DNA of 64,000 nt from contig CAWDLW010000012.1 of the NCBI GenBank assembly GCA_963803145.1, positions 96,001-160,000 of the forward strand, read 5' to 3'. The position numbers and the translations under genes were made by a program. Numbering within the stretch: the stretch's first letter is position 1; every line of letters begins with the position of its first letter. This DNA comes from Methanotrichaceae archaeon. Lineage in GTDB: Archaea; Halobacteriota; Methanosarcinia; Methanotrichales; Methanotrichaceae. This document shows positions 10,801 to 20,216 of the stretch, piece by piece. The notes beneath the pieces are model-generated. The model saw only the letters and a program-made list of their open reading frames with translations. It was not told the DNA's origin and did not search any database.

Positions 10801-12969
10801 CTCAGTAAGCTTCAGCTCAGTTATATCCATCAGAGATGCAACGCTTTTCTTTGTCCCGGGTATGGTATCAACACGCAATAGTATATTCTTGACATTGCCA
10901 TATCTATCGATGGCACGAAACTCATAGTTATTCAGGGCCGCATTTGAACCAGTCCTTCTCAATTTATGCTGCACCGTCATCCTTTCGAGATCATCTTTTA
11001 CGACGAACTCAGTCCAGCTTTTCTTGCCTTCTATCTCCTCTTTGCTATAGCCAGAAAGTTTTTCCACTTCCGAATTTGCCAGCGATATGATGGTATTATC
11101 CTCAATGATTATTGTTGCAGTGCCAGTGTTCTCGAAAATGGTCCTGTACCTATTCTCGGATTCTTGCAGGGCCTCCTCTGCCATTTTGCGCTCGGTTATA
11201 TTTACTGCAACATGCACCACCCCTACCAGATCTCCATTTGTGTTCTTGATGACATTGCTGTGAGATATCCAGACCTTGCCGTCAGGAGTAGTTAGCTCGC
11301 CTTCCTGAGGTCGGGCAGTTTGAAGAGCCTTCAAGGCTGTGCAGCCTGGGCAGGATGATTCAATGCCTTGAATCACCTCAAAGCAGCACTTTCCCTTTAT
11401 TTCGTCCTCGGAAAGGCCGAGGTGCTTTTGAACAGCATTGTTCAGCCAGATGATGTGCATCTGGGGATCGAGGTATTCGACAGATACATTCTTCAGGCCG
11501 TCCAGAACCGCAGTCTTTTCCTGCTCCGATTTGCGTAAGGCATCTTCTGCTCGTTTTCGATCTGTGATATCCCGGGCTATTGAGCAGAGAATGCTCTCGT
11601 TTTCAAAGAAGAGGAGATTGACATACACTTCTACATCTAATAGGGAGCCATCTTTCTTGCGGTAGTTTCTTTGACCTATATAGCAACGTTTCTTTTCCTT
11701 GATCTTTTCGATGTTGCTGTCGATGCTATCTCTATCATGGGCTACAATATCATAGATGCTCAATCCGGCGATATCCTCAATGGAATATCCTAGAAGTCTA
11801 TGAAACGCTAGATTTCCTTCCAGAATACACTTCGTCTCTAAATCATAAAGAAAAATGATATCCGAAGCCTGATCCACAACAGAGTGATAGCGATCTTCGC
11901 TCTCCTGAAGTGCTTCATCAGCCAGATTAAGCTCTTGCATCTGGGATAGGGTTGTTGCAAGCAGCTGATTGCTCTCATCAATCGTCACCTTCTGGCGCAT
12001 GAACGCGAGCCCAATCACTGCTGCGATGAATCCTGTCATGACGGAATAACTGATTAAGCGTGTGTTTTCGTAACTCCAGACGAGGAGAAAGGATGTGGCT
12101 CCGATCGCCAGATAGGGTAAATATTGAGTCCATGAGGCACTCTTGTTATAAGTGGCGCTCAAATCTGTTGGTTGGCTGAGCGGTTTAGAGTTTGCCTGCA
12201 TCACGCCAGCAAGCAAGAATAGCATATCACTTATCAGCCAGAGGGTATCTAGGAGGCTACTTGAGACATAAGTTCCCGCTTGCGTCTGTATAGAGAAGAT
12301 CACATCTGCAATCAACCATATAACTAAGCCAAAAGCCAGCAAGAAAAGCGGCTTGCTTCCGGCAAAACTTAGCTTTCTAAATATCAGCTCCATGAATGCA
12401 GCCAAAACAACCAGATCCATGACCGGATAGGCCACGGAAACCACTAAACTGAGGTCAACTGATTCGTTGGATGCAATAATAGGGGCGATCATGAAGACCC
12501 AGAATAAAAAAATAGATGCTATTACTACGATTCCGGCATCTAAGAGAAACTTGATTCTCTCACGAGAAGAGAGTGGAACTGTAGGCAGAAGAAAGATGCC
12601 CAGAGCAAATATAGGATAGAACGCGAGATAAAAAACATCTGCGACTGACGGGAATGGGTTCTCTCGGAGTCCAGCCTCGATCACAGCCCAGCTCACATCT
12701 CCTAAGGCATAGACGATCTGGGCTATAGCCAGGACCATCCAGGCTTTTCTAGTTCGCCCAATTGAGTTTGATGCTCCATACAGCAGGCCGATGGCAGCAA
12801 GTCCGCTGCCTATAGCGAAAATTACATCGTCAATGGGGATAAAGATCTCTCTATCTTTGATAGCAGCTAATATGGCCATGCGGATAAGCACAATTGAGAT
12901 CGCTAGAATGGATGCTCTATGGAAGGATATTGCCTTGCTGCCATCTAACAAGTTCCGCCACCTTAGCAT
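7825..12969 (-). CDS. Membrane multi-PAS sensor histidine kinase (HisKA_2/HWE-like)
   Basis: ~9-10 N-terminal hydrophobic helices, ~10 PAS domains, EVHHRVKNNLQ, NELVSNSLKYAF, DNGIG. Confidence 0.93.
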   Translation of the reverse strand: MLRWRNLLDGSKAISFHRASILAISIVLIRMAILAAIKDREIFIPIDDVIFAIGSGLAAIGLLYGASNSIGRTRKAWMVLAIAQIVYALGDVSWAVIEAGLRENPFPSVADVFYLAFYPIFALGIFLLPTVPLSSRERIKFLLDAGIVVIASIFLFWVFMIAPIIASNESVDLSLVVSVAYPVMDLVVLAAFMELIFRKLSFAGSKPLFLLAFGLVIWLIADVIFSIQTQAGTYVSSSLLDTLWLISDMLFLLAGVMQANSKPLSQPTDLSATYNKSASWTQYLPYLAIGATSFLLVWSYENTRLISYSVMTGFIAAVIGLAFMRQKVTIDESNQLLATTLSQMQELNLADEALQESEDRYHSVVDQASDIIFLYDLETKCILEGNLAFHRLLGYSIEDIAGLSIYDIVAHDRDSIDSNIEKIKEKKRCYIGQRNYRKKDGSLLDVEVYVNLLFFENESILCSIARDITDRKRAEDALRKSEQEKTAVLDGLKNVSVEYLDPQMHIIWLNNAVQKHLGLSEDEIKGKCCFEVIQGIESSCPGCTALKALQTARPQEGELTTPDGKVWISHSNVIKNTNGDLVGVVHVAVNITERKMAEEALQESENRYRTIFENTGTATIIIEDNTIISLANSEVEKLSGYSKEEIEGKKSWTEFVVKDDLERMTVQHKLRRTGSNAALNNYEFRAIDRYGNVKNILLRVDTIPGTKKSVASLMDITELKLTEKALQESENMYRAIFENTGTAMVIDEDDTLITLANSEFARLIGYSREEIEGKISWTEFVVKEDLERMLEQHKLRRIDPGAALRSYEFQAIDKNGHIRDILLHVDAIPRTRKSVASMLDITERNQMEKSLRESKEQYKILAEASQDMIYVISRDDKIVYVNGSAARGLGPQHEEIIGSLRSSLFPPDVAYRQKLRLDKVFETGLPVHSEDVMIVGGMGLWQDTHLIPLKTDDNEIYAILGISRDITERKHAEEALRDSESKLASIIDFLPDATLVIDSEKKIIAWNRAIEEMTGVNKDDMIGKGDYAYTIPFYGERRMHLLDLLDLDDNDLASKYRYVERKGKILYAETYTPALYGGKGAYVMATGAPLFDNKGNRIGAIESIRDITEFKKAERTLREQLNFLQQLIDSIPNPIFYKDTKGVYLGCNTAFEAITGYLKDNIVGYTVYELYPKELAAIYYEADNKLFQDPGVQMYESSMAHTDGSRHDVMFSKATYFDTEGRLAGLVGVILDITDRKHMETALKESERRLTDIINFLPDATLVINEDRKVIAWNRSMEALTGIKAEDMLEKGDYEYSLPFYGERRPLLVDLVLEPESRIEKKYSDLKWVDGTLVGYAFTPKVKGVGAYLWGVASPIYDIQGKIVGAIESIKDITEQKKMEKALQESKDYLNKIINSIGDPLFVKDRQHRMTLVNDAACKLWGLPCEEIVGKTAYELFSSKEMAEVSWMKDEEVFKTGAEITNEETNKYADKTLTVLVKKTPYTDNAGNQFLVGITRDITDRKLAEDKIIASLQEKEILLKEVHHRVKNNLQIISALLSLQSSNLTDDNIIKIFKDSQNRIKSMALIHENLYRSKDLGKVDFNEYIKQLVSHLSQSYGDLAGKISFKVNSEKVYLNINTAIPCGMIINELVSNSLKYAFPDGREGEISIDLSSEDDGFNMVISDNGIGIKEGLNIKDSKTLGFRLIDTLVKQIDGKMSLDTINGTRCEIHFKGLK

Positions 12970-13075
12970 TATCCCTCCCTATTATTCAATATCTTAAGAT
13001 CTGATAAAAGCTTTTTGGTAATGTATTATCTATACCGGGATAATAATTATAACATGATGATTTTGTTTCTACGAA

Positions 13076-14336
13076 GGTAGTGTGACGATATTTCTGTAAT
13101 TTGTCCAAGCCCTGTATCCTTCATTAGTCACTCCTCATCCCAAGATAAATACTTTCTACCTGTGACCCATTCCTCGTTGATATCGATTAAGATAGAGACA
13201 CCTAATCTCATGAATGATTGATCATTGGGGAAAGCCCCAACGACTCGAGATCTTCGTTTAAGTTCTTTATTTATTCTTTCCATACAGTTAGTAGTTCTTA
13301 TCCGTCTCCAGTGGCTCTTTGGAAAAGCTCTATAATTCCATAAATCGAATCTAAACCTTTCAACGGTATCAAGAGCCTTTGAATATCCTCTATCCGCTAG
13401 TTCATCAGACAGAGTTTGAATAGCTTGCTCACTATCCAGAGCTTCTTTGACTTTTTGGGCTATCTCATCTTTATACTTGTTAGGTATATTTTTCAATACG
13501 GCACGCATGAAATGAACATGGCACATCTGCCATGATGCACCTAGAAATGATTCTTGAACCGCTTTTTGAATTCCTTTATGGCCATCTGATACAACTAACT
13601 CCACTCCAGATAATCCTCTAAGCTTCAAATCGTCAAATAGTCCAGACCAAAATAGTTCATCCTCTCCATCTGCAATTCTTGCACCAAGTATTTCGCGATA
13701 ACCGTCCTCACGAACTCCTGTAATAATCAGAAAGGCTCTGTTGACATATCTTGATTCAACCCTAACCTTGAAGTAGCTAGCATCGACAAATAGATATTTT
13801 ATCTTCTTTTCGATAGATCTATTGAGGAATTCATTAACCTTATCGTCTAATTCTTTTGAAATCCTCGATATACTTGAAGGTGATAGCTGATCAAGCCCAA
13901 GATGAGAAACTATATCCTGGATTTTTCTAGTTGAGACTCCTTGAATATAGGATTCTGCAACAGCATTTATCAATGCCTTCTCTATTCGAGAATATCTATC
14001 GAATACTTTTGTCTCGAAGGACGTTTCCCTTAGCTGGGGCTTGTCTAAGGTTATTTCGCCTACTCTTGTCTTTAGAGACCTTTTCTTATATCCATTTCGA
14101 TGAGCTTTCCTGCCATCTATCCTTTGGTAAGGCTCGGCTCCTGTCTGTTGCAGTGCCTCTAGCTGCATTACTAGATTCAGGAACCAGGTGAAAAGCTCTT
14201 TTAATCCTATCTCTTGATCGATAAGATAATCTTGTAGTAATTCTGTTGGTACCATTGCTCTGTATCCCCTTTGTATCTCAATACTTGGTTGGATACAGGG
14301 CTACTTATCAATTTACAGAATTAATGGCACACTGCC
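13076..14336 (-). mobile_element. Complete IS256-family element with 8-bp target duplication
   Basis: Imperfect TIRs GGTAGTGTG..TTCTGTAA / GGCAGTGTG..TTCTGTAA; TCTACGAA at 13068-13075 and 14337-14344. Confidence 0.92.
13128..14255 (-). CDS. IS256-family (Mutator) transposase
   Basis: RNGY, YLFVDA, VVSDGHKG, WQMCHVHF, RTTNCMERINKELKRR. Confidence 0.95.
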   Translation of the reverse strand: MVPTELLQDYLIDQEIGLKELFTWFLNLVMQLEALQQTGAEPYQRIDGRKAHRNGYKKRSLKTRVGEITLDKPQLRETSFETKVFDRYSRIEKALINAVAESYIQGVSTRKIQDIVSHLGLDQLSPSSISRISKELDDKVNEFLNRSIEKKIKYLFVDASYFKVRVESRYVNRAFLIITGVREDGYREILGARIADGEDELFWSGLFDDLKLRGLSGVELVVSDGHKGIQKAVQESFLGASWQMCHVHFMRAVLKNIPNKYKDEIAQKVKEALDSEQAIQTLSDELADRGYSKALDTVERFRFDLWNYRAFPKSHWRRIRTTNCMERINKELKRRSRVVGAFPNDQSFMRLGVSILIDINEEWVTGRKYLSWDEE

Positions 14337-14638
14337 TCTACGAATCGATCTGAATGTGTACTGCAGCAAGCTGGCTGCTGGCTTTGCTGATGTCATTTGC
14401 TGAGTTGAGGTGTACGATTCATAAACGACTTATGGATATAGCTTCAAAACTGAAGCAATAGATATGCTTAGCTTATGTCTTAATATATAGAGAGTGAATA
14501 CCACAGATGTCAAATCCTCTCGGAACTTTTAGCCGATACAATCATGCTTAGATGATACGGATTTTCAGTCAGCTACTTTTGAGCTGCTTATAATATATAA
14601 ATCTCCGAGAAAAGAGGCTAAACGCTAGTTAGTAGCGC

Positions 14639-16576
14639 TCAGGGTTTTGATGGTATGTCGTATTTATCTATCTCTTTGCTTTTAGTATGTCCATTGGGTC
14701 TTGTAATGAAATATGTATAGCCCTTTAGGGTCTTATTGAGTTGAGATTCTACTTGCTCGAGTTCCTTCTTATCGATACAATGCTTCTTTTCCACGCAGCG
14801 ATCCATAATCTCCCAGATATAGTCCTTAGTCTCATAGTTGAAGAAATCGAGAAGCTTCCTGCATGTATCTCCCTCGACCTTCTGGCAGATCCACCAATCA
14901 TTCTCATCGATCATTACATGAACTTCATTGGCAGAGCCGAGAAGGTTGTGGAAGTCTCCAAGGGTGTCCTGATATGCGCCCAAAAGAAAGATCCCTATAT
15001 AGTAATCTTCATTCTCTATTAGAGTATGCATATCCAGATACTCGCGCCCCTCGCTGTCGCCTGCATATCGCTTGACCTCTCCGTCAGAATCGCATGTTAA
15101 ATCAACTATTGTTCCGTGCTCGCAGGGAATTTCATTCAAGCGATGGAGCGGTATTGTTGGAAAGATCTGCTCTACACCCCACATATCCGGTACCGATTGG
15201 AAGAGCGAGAAGTTGCCGATATACTTCTGGCTTACCAACCTTTTCAGCTCATGAAACTCCTCAGACTCATCCTCGGCTTGCTTCGCATAAAGCATGGCCT
15301 TCTTGCAGACCATCCAGAACAGCGTCTCGCCTTTGGCTCTCTCCTCAAGGCCGATGTTGCCCAGATTGAAGGCGTTGTAAAGGTCGTCCCTATACTGCAG
15401 AGCATCGTGGTAGTGCTCTTTGTAGTTATCCAGATTTATTTCCTTGAAAGCACTGCAAAGATCATCTATCTGTATTGGATCATCAGGATCTGGAGGCCTG
15501 AGAAATGTATCCTTGGAGTTCTTCTTGCCTACGATCTTAAAAATTAACATGCTATGGTATGCTGCGATTGCCCTGCCGCTCTCTGAGAGTATCGTTGGGC
15601 ATGGAACATTCTCCTCTTCGCATATCTTCTGGATTGTGTAGATGGCATCGTTCGCATACTCTTGAAGTTTATAGTTCGAGCTGGAAGGCGTGGCTGTGTT
15701 TGAGCCGTTATAATCCACTGAAAGTCCGCCGCCAATGTTGAGGTACTGGATGTCTGCCACCTTCCTAACCTTGGCATAGATCCTCGCGGCCTCATTCATG
15801 GCGTTCTTGATCATGCGGATATCTGTAATCTGCGAGCCAATATGGAAGTGAATCATCTTCAGGCTATCCATAAGGCCGTTTTCCTTTAAAATCCGCATCA
15901 ACTCAAGCATTTCGCTTGTTGAAAGGCCAAACTTTGCGGATTCGCCGCCGGATTCGACCCACCTGCCAGCACCCCGCGAAAAGAGCTTTACACGCATTCC
16001 GATCCTGGGGGTTATGCCCATCTCTTTGGCGTACCTCAGGATATCAAATATCTCCTCAAAAAGATCAACTACTATTATTATATTGTTAACATTGTGAATA
16101 CTTAGCGCGAGGCGCAGGTAATCAGCATCCTTGTATCCATTGCATACTATGAGAGCATCCTTAGACGGCCCAAGGGAGAGAGCAGCCAGAAGCTCTGCCT
16201 TTGTGCCAACCTCAAGGCCGATATTATATTTTGCACCGTACTTCAGTATATATTCGATGACTTCTTTCCTCTGGTTTACCTTCATAGGGAATATCGGCTG
16301 ATAGTTGCAACAGTATTTGAACTCTTTTATGGCGTTGGCGAAAGAACCTGTGATCTCATCTATTCTATCTTCAAGCATCTGTGGAAAGCGCAAAAGCACG
16401 GGAAACTCGAGATCTTTTGCCTCCTCTATCTCCTCTATTAGATCTGTAACATCTACGCTCTGGGATATATTCCTGTTAGGAATAATAATAATATTGCCTT
16501 TATCATTAACTGAAAAATAGCCATTGCCCCAGTTCTCAATTCCATAAAGATCGATAGAATTCTCAGCTGTCCACAT
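14639..16576 (-). CDS. speA: Biosynthetic PLP-dependent arginine decarboxylase
   Basis: YGIENWGNGYF, FPMKVNQ, HFHIGSQI, DLTCDSDG, GAYQDTLGDFHNL; start placed at MWTAE. Confidence 0.92.
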   Translation of the reverse strand: MWTAENSIDLYGIENWGNGYFSVNDKGNIIIIPNRNISQSVDVTDLIEEIEEAKDLEFPVLLRFPQMLEDRIDEITGSFANAIKEFKYCCNYQPIFPMKVNQRKEVIEYILKYGAKYNIGLEVGTKAELLAALSLGPSKDALIVCNGYKDADYLRLALSIHNVNNIIIVVDLFEEIFDILRYAKEMGITPRIGMRVKLFSRGAGRWVESGGESAKFGLSTSEMLELMRILKENGLMDSLKMIHFHIGSQITDIRMIKNAMNEAARIYAKVRKVADIQYLNIGGGLSVDYNGSNTATPSSSNYKLQEYANDAIYTIQKICEEENVPCPTILSESGRAIAAYHSMLIFKIVGKKNSKDTFLRPPDPDDPIQIDDLCSAFKEINLDNYKEHYHDALQYRDDLYNAFNLGNIGLEERAKGETLFWMVCKKAMLYAKQAEDESEEFHELKRLVSQKYIGNFSLFQSVPDMWGVEQIFPTIPLHRLNEIPCEHGTIVDLTCDSDGEVKRYAGDSEGREYLDMHTLIENEDYYIGIFLLGAYQDTLGDFHNLLGSANEVHVMIDENDWWICQKVEGDTCRKLLDFFNYETKDYIWEIMDRCVEKKHCIDKKELEQVESQLNKTLKGYTYFITRPNGHTKSKEIDKYDIPSKP

Positions 16577-17087
16577 GGGGTCTGACCTCAATATATATCC
16601 CATAGCAACTGCCATCGACCATACCCAACTCATCCAAGATTAGTTCGGCAAACATACAGTAAATCAGCTCCCCACGAAATTCGGCCAATTGTATCGAATT
16701 TGCATAAGAGGGCCTTTTGGTATTAAAACTTCACGCGTCCAAAGTTCTCCATTCTCGTGAGATTCCGAAAGATGATCCAGGTCTCATCAATGGACTGGTG
16801 TGTGTAAAGATTAATGATTCAATTAAAGCTTTAGCACTGACAGATTAAGATTATCTTTTTGTGTTTTAGTTGATGAAATGGTTAGCAAGAGATTTTTATC
16901 GGAGATGAATGCTTAGAAATTGCTAGGGTCCTATAGCTTATCTATATTTTATTAAATTCATTAACCGATATAATTCCAATCTAATTATTACCAGTAAGTC
17001 GACAAGGCTAATTATTATTAATGCTAATCTAGCAATGGCCATACAAAATATTTAAAAATAATTAGTAATCACTTAATAGATAAGAGG

Positions 17088-17540
17088 GTGCTAGATGTGA
17101 ATGATGTTGATAGTACACCTAGCTTGCGTATTCTGGTTGTTGATGATAGCGCAGTAAATCGAAAGATATTACTCTTGATGTTAAGCCGTTTGGGATATAT
17201 GGCAGACACAGCAACCAATGGCAAGGAGGCTATACAGGCTCTGGAAAGAAAACCTTTTGATTTGGTACTCATGGATCTTCAAATGCCCATATTGGATGGC
17301 CTCAGAGCCGCAAAAATCATACGCGAAAACTCGGCTGACAGGGAACATCCATATATAATCGCAGTCACTGCCTTTGCGACCATTTATGATAGGGAGACCT
17401 GCATCAATGCTGGCATGAATGATTATCTTACTAAACCTGTGGATATTAATGAACTTGAGGCTGCCATCCAATCGGCAAGACTAGAGGAAAGGGATTATAT
17501 AAAACCCAGGGCCTCTCATCAGGCAAAATCCTGGGTTTAG
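17088..17540 (+). CDS. Single-domain response regulator
   Basis: ILVVDD, DLVLMDLQMP, YLTKP. Confidence 0.9.
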   Translation: MLDVNDVDSTPSLRILVVDDSAVNRKILLLMLSRLGYMADTATNGKEAIQALERKPFDLVLMDLQMPILDGLRAAKIIRENSADREHPYIIAVTAFATIYDRETCINAGMNDYLTKPVDINELEAAIQSARLEERDYIKPRASHQAKSWV

Positions 17541-17737
17541 AAGAGTCACAGTTCAGCAAGCTGCATTGAATAAAGGGCTGTTGCTGCAAAGATGCTTATT
17601 AAAGGGTACTTGCTAAAAGATGATGGCTTTCTATTATCGCTACAACTAAATTCTGTTTTACTAGAGCTAGGGCGCTAGATTATGCTGGATGGTCCTGGGT
17701 CTGGACATTTGTGAAGCATCGATAGCTGGCAATATAA

Positions 17738-18538
17738 TCACAAACGGATCAGAATATCCCCAGGCAGTTGCTTATTGCTGAACCAGGCTCTCAGGATACC
17801 AGCAAATCTTTCTGGTTCGGCGAAAAGGTAGGCGTGATCGGCGCTAGCGATCAGATACCCTTGAGCATTTGGTAGCGCAGCTGTAAGTTCACGCATTGAA
17901 TCACGCATAAGTCTTGGCTCCTTCTGCCCGGCTAATACTAGGGTGGGCACAGTCACTTTCTGAAAGCCCTCTGGCAGCCGAAAAGAACTGTTCTCGTCCA
18001 GGATGCGGCTCAATGCATCAGTCGAGAGCTTTAATGTGTCCTGGTAGTAGATTTCGAAGTCTTCATTGGGGATGTGAAATGATCGAGCTTGAAGCTTTTG
18101 GAAGACACGATGTCGTGCTAGCGGCAAAACAGCACGTGATATTGCAGATAGTAAGTTGGCCATGGGCAGCGGATGTAGCAGAGCACTTGAAACTACTGCT
18201 CGATTTATCATTTGTGGGGCCATGGCCAGGAGAGCGACCAATACCTGACCGCCTAGCGAGTGTCCTACAACATACGCTCGGCCATCAGGAACTCGATCCT
18301 GAACCAAGTCTGCTATTCTCTGAGCGCTGTCTTTGATAGTGAAAGGCTTGATACTGCTGCTGCAGCCATGCTCAGGCAGATCCGGAATCAGGCAGTGAAA
18401 ATCATACAACTGGGAAGCACACCGGTACCACATCCAGCCACTGATACCTCCTCCATGTAACAGTATGACCGTCGGAGCATAGCTGGGGCCGCATTCTCGC
18501 ACAAAGATATCATCAGTGTTCATCACATGAATAGCCAT
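17738..18538 (-). CDS. Alpha/beta hydrolase
   Basis: LLHGGG, DLPEHG, GHSLGG nucleophile elbow. Confidence 0.9.
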   Translation of the reverse strand: MAIHVMNTDDIFVRECGPSYAPTVILLHGGGISGWMWYRCASQLYDFHCLIPDLPEHGCSSSIKPFTIKDSAQRIADLVQDRVPDGRAYVVGHSLGGQVLVALLAMAPQMINRAVVSSALLHPLPMANLLSAISRAVLPLARHRVFQKLQARSFHIPNEDFEIYYQDTLKLSTDALSRILDENSSFRLPEGFQKVTVPTLVLAGQKEPRLMRDSMRELTAALPNAQGYLIASADHAYLFAEPERFAGILRAWFSNKQLPGDILIRL

Positions 18539-18690
18539 ATAATGTATTGGTTCTGTTGCATAATAGGGTTGCTATAGTAAAGTCTACAAAGATGGAAGTC
18601 CTTTCTAATACTCTCGACTGTCTAACTAAAATAGTTATATAAGAGAAAGGTCTAATGGGTGTAGTAAGCATAGTGGATGGTGGCTTAATC

Positions 18691-18810
18691 ATGGTCTTTT
18701 GCTTTCAATGTAGGATCCAGCTGACTACAAAATGTTTAGGTACATGGTATCCTGGCCGCGGGTTCTTATGCCGTGAGTGCTCAAAGAGAAAACACCTATA
18801 CATTAGATAG
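18691..18810 (+). CDS. Putative zinc-finger micro-protein (39 aa), not in ORF track
   Basis: MVFCFQCRIQLTTKCLGTWYPGRGFLCRECSKRKHLYIR; two CxxC; GGTGG upstream. Confidence 0.5.
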   Translation: MVFCFQCRIQLTTKCLGTWYPGRGFLCRECSKRKHLYIR

Positions 18811-18920
18811 GCCGATAAGTGGGATTTCACAATCTCTCATTCCTAGGAGCCAGCTTCAATCGATATCTTTACAACCTATAATATTTTTTAGTAATGTTTA
18901 TTAACTTTAAATGAAATTAT

Positions 18921-19184
18921 ATGCCTATGGCTAAAGAAGAGTATAAGCAGCTATCCTGCGCAGATATAGGCATGCAGTGTGGATTCCAAATACGGGCAAA
19001 GACTGAAAGAGAGGTCATAGAGCTCACGAAGAAGCATGCGACAGAAGCACATGGCATGAAAGAAATTTGGCCGGAAACAGAAAGGAAAATCAAGGAGAAC
19101 ATCAAACCAGTATCGGTAGATGTGCCTGATAGCATCCCTCGGGAGAGTATCCACACAACTAGGCAGGATTTTGGATTTAGATAA
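18921..19184 (+). CDS. DUF1059-like small metal-binding protein
   Basis: LSCADIGMQCGFQIRAKTE...HATEAHG. Confidence 0.8.
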   Translation: MPMAKEEYKQLSCADIGMQCGFQIRAKTEREVIELTKKHATEAHGMKEIWPETERKIKENIKPVSVDVPDSIPRESIHTTRQDFGFR

Positions 19185-19389
19185 GGCCATATTTGTAACC
19201 CTTTTTATAAATATTATGATTCAACAGATCGCGAATTAGTGCACATCAGCCGCTAGCATATCGAAAAATCGTCTTAATGTCAAAGCGGTTTTGAAGGAAA
19301 AATCCATGGATACACTTGATAGTAGTCGGCAATTTGTCTCAGTTCAAAAACATATAAAAAGTAGTAATTGCTAATGATATTAGAAACTC

Positions 19390-19923
19390 TTGTGGATTGA
19401 ACAGGCAAATGAGTGTGATAACATTAGAATAATATACATAATATTGTTATTGCTGGCTTTTGGATTTATTGACAGCTTGGCCGCCTCCGTGAATAATGCA
19501 ACATGTCCGGGGAGCACAATCCTCTGCAACGGAAATTGTACAGATACCAATGTCGATGAACTGAACTGCGGCGCATGCGGAAACGTATGTCCTCTGGGAA
19601 AAGCCTGTATTAATGGAAGCTGTTCGTGTTTCGCAGATCTGACTCTCTGCAATGGAACATGTGCCGATACAGGCTTTGATTTACAGAATTGTGGCAAGTG
19701 CGGAAATGTCTGCCCAGTAGGAATGGAGTGCATCAAGGGAAAGTGTTCATGCCCTGCAGGTCTAACATCTTGCAATGGATTCTGTACCGATATCAGCAGT
19801 GATGAACGAAACTGCGGATCGTGTGGAAATGTCTGTCCTTCTGGCAGGGTCTGCTTTGAGGGAAGATGTTTAACTCAAGTTGAGGTCTGTACCAATGGAT
19901 ATTGCAGGTTTATTTACCGATGA
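19390..19923 (+). CDS. Secreted cysteine-rich repeat protein (start uncertain)
   Basis: Signal-like hydrophobic stretch, then three CNG.C.D...D..NCG.CGNVCP.G..C..G.C repeats. Confidence 0.8.
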   Translation: MWIEQANECDNIRIIYIILLLLAFGFIDSLAASVNNATCPGSTILCNGNCTDTNVDELNCGACGNVCPLGKACINGSCSCFADLTLCNGTCADTGFDLQNCGKCGNVCPVGMECIKGKCSCPAGLTSCNGFCTDISSDERNCGSCGNVCPSGRVCFEGRCLTQVEVCTNGYCRFIYR

Positions 19924-20216
19924 GGTATGATCTTCCAGATGCCTGAAACTAGGTAATAGCCATCCGTATTAGCCCGGAGTCTGCAGGAGTTAGAACTCCT
20001 TAAGACTGCCTCATCCTTCTTCGGGAAACCTTACAGCGTCAGCTTTAACGGATCATTGAAAGCTGACTATCCTGTTATCCTGAAGCAGATTCCCTTCTAT
20101 TTCCTATCGTTTTCTGAACTGAACAATAAGAACAGGATTCGCTAAAGCAAAATATACCCTGAGTAGGACCGGGGCAAGGAAGATGGAAGCAGATATGCTA
20201 TTGAGTCTATATGCTA

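Noticed and set aside
6376-12969. Assignment as FilI/FilR quorum-sensing system
   Set aside because: No recognisable CHASE4 sensor and no fused HTH; orthology cannot be supported by eye.
7865-12997. Many antisense ORFs over the kinase and other long genes
   Set aside because: Shadow ORFs of well-supported opposite-strand genes.
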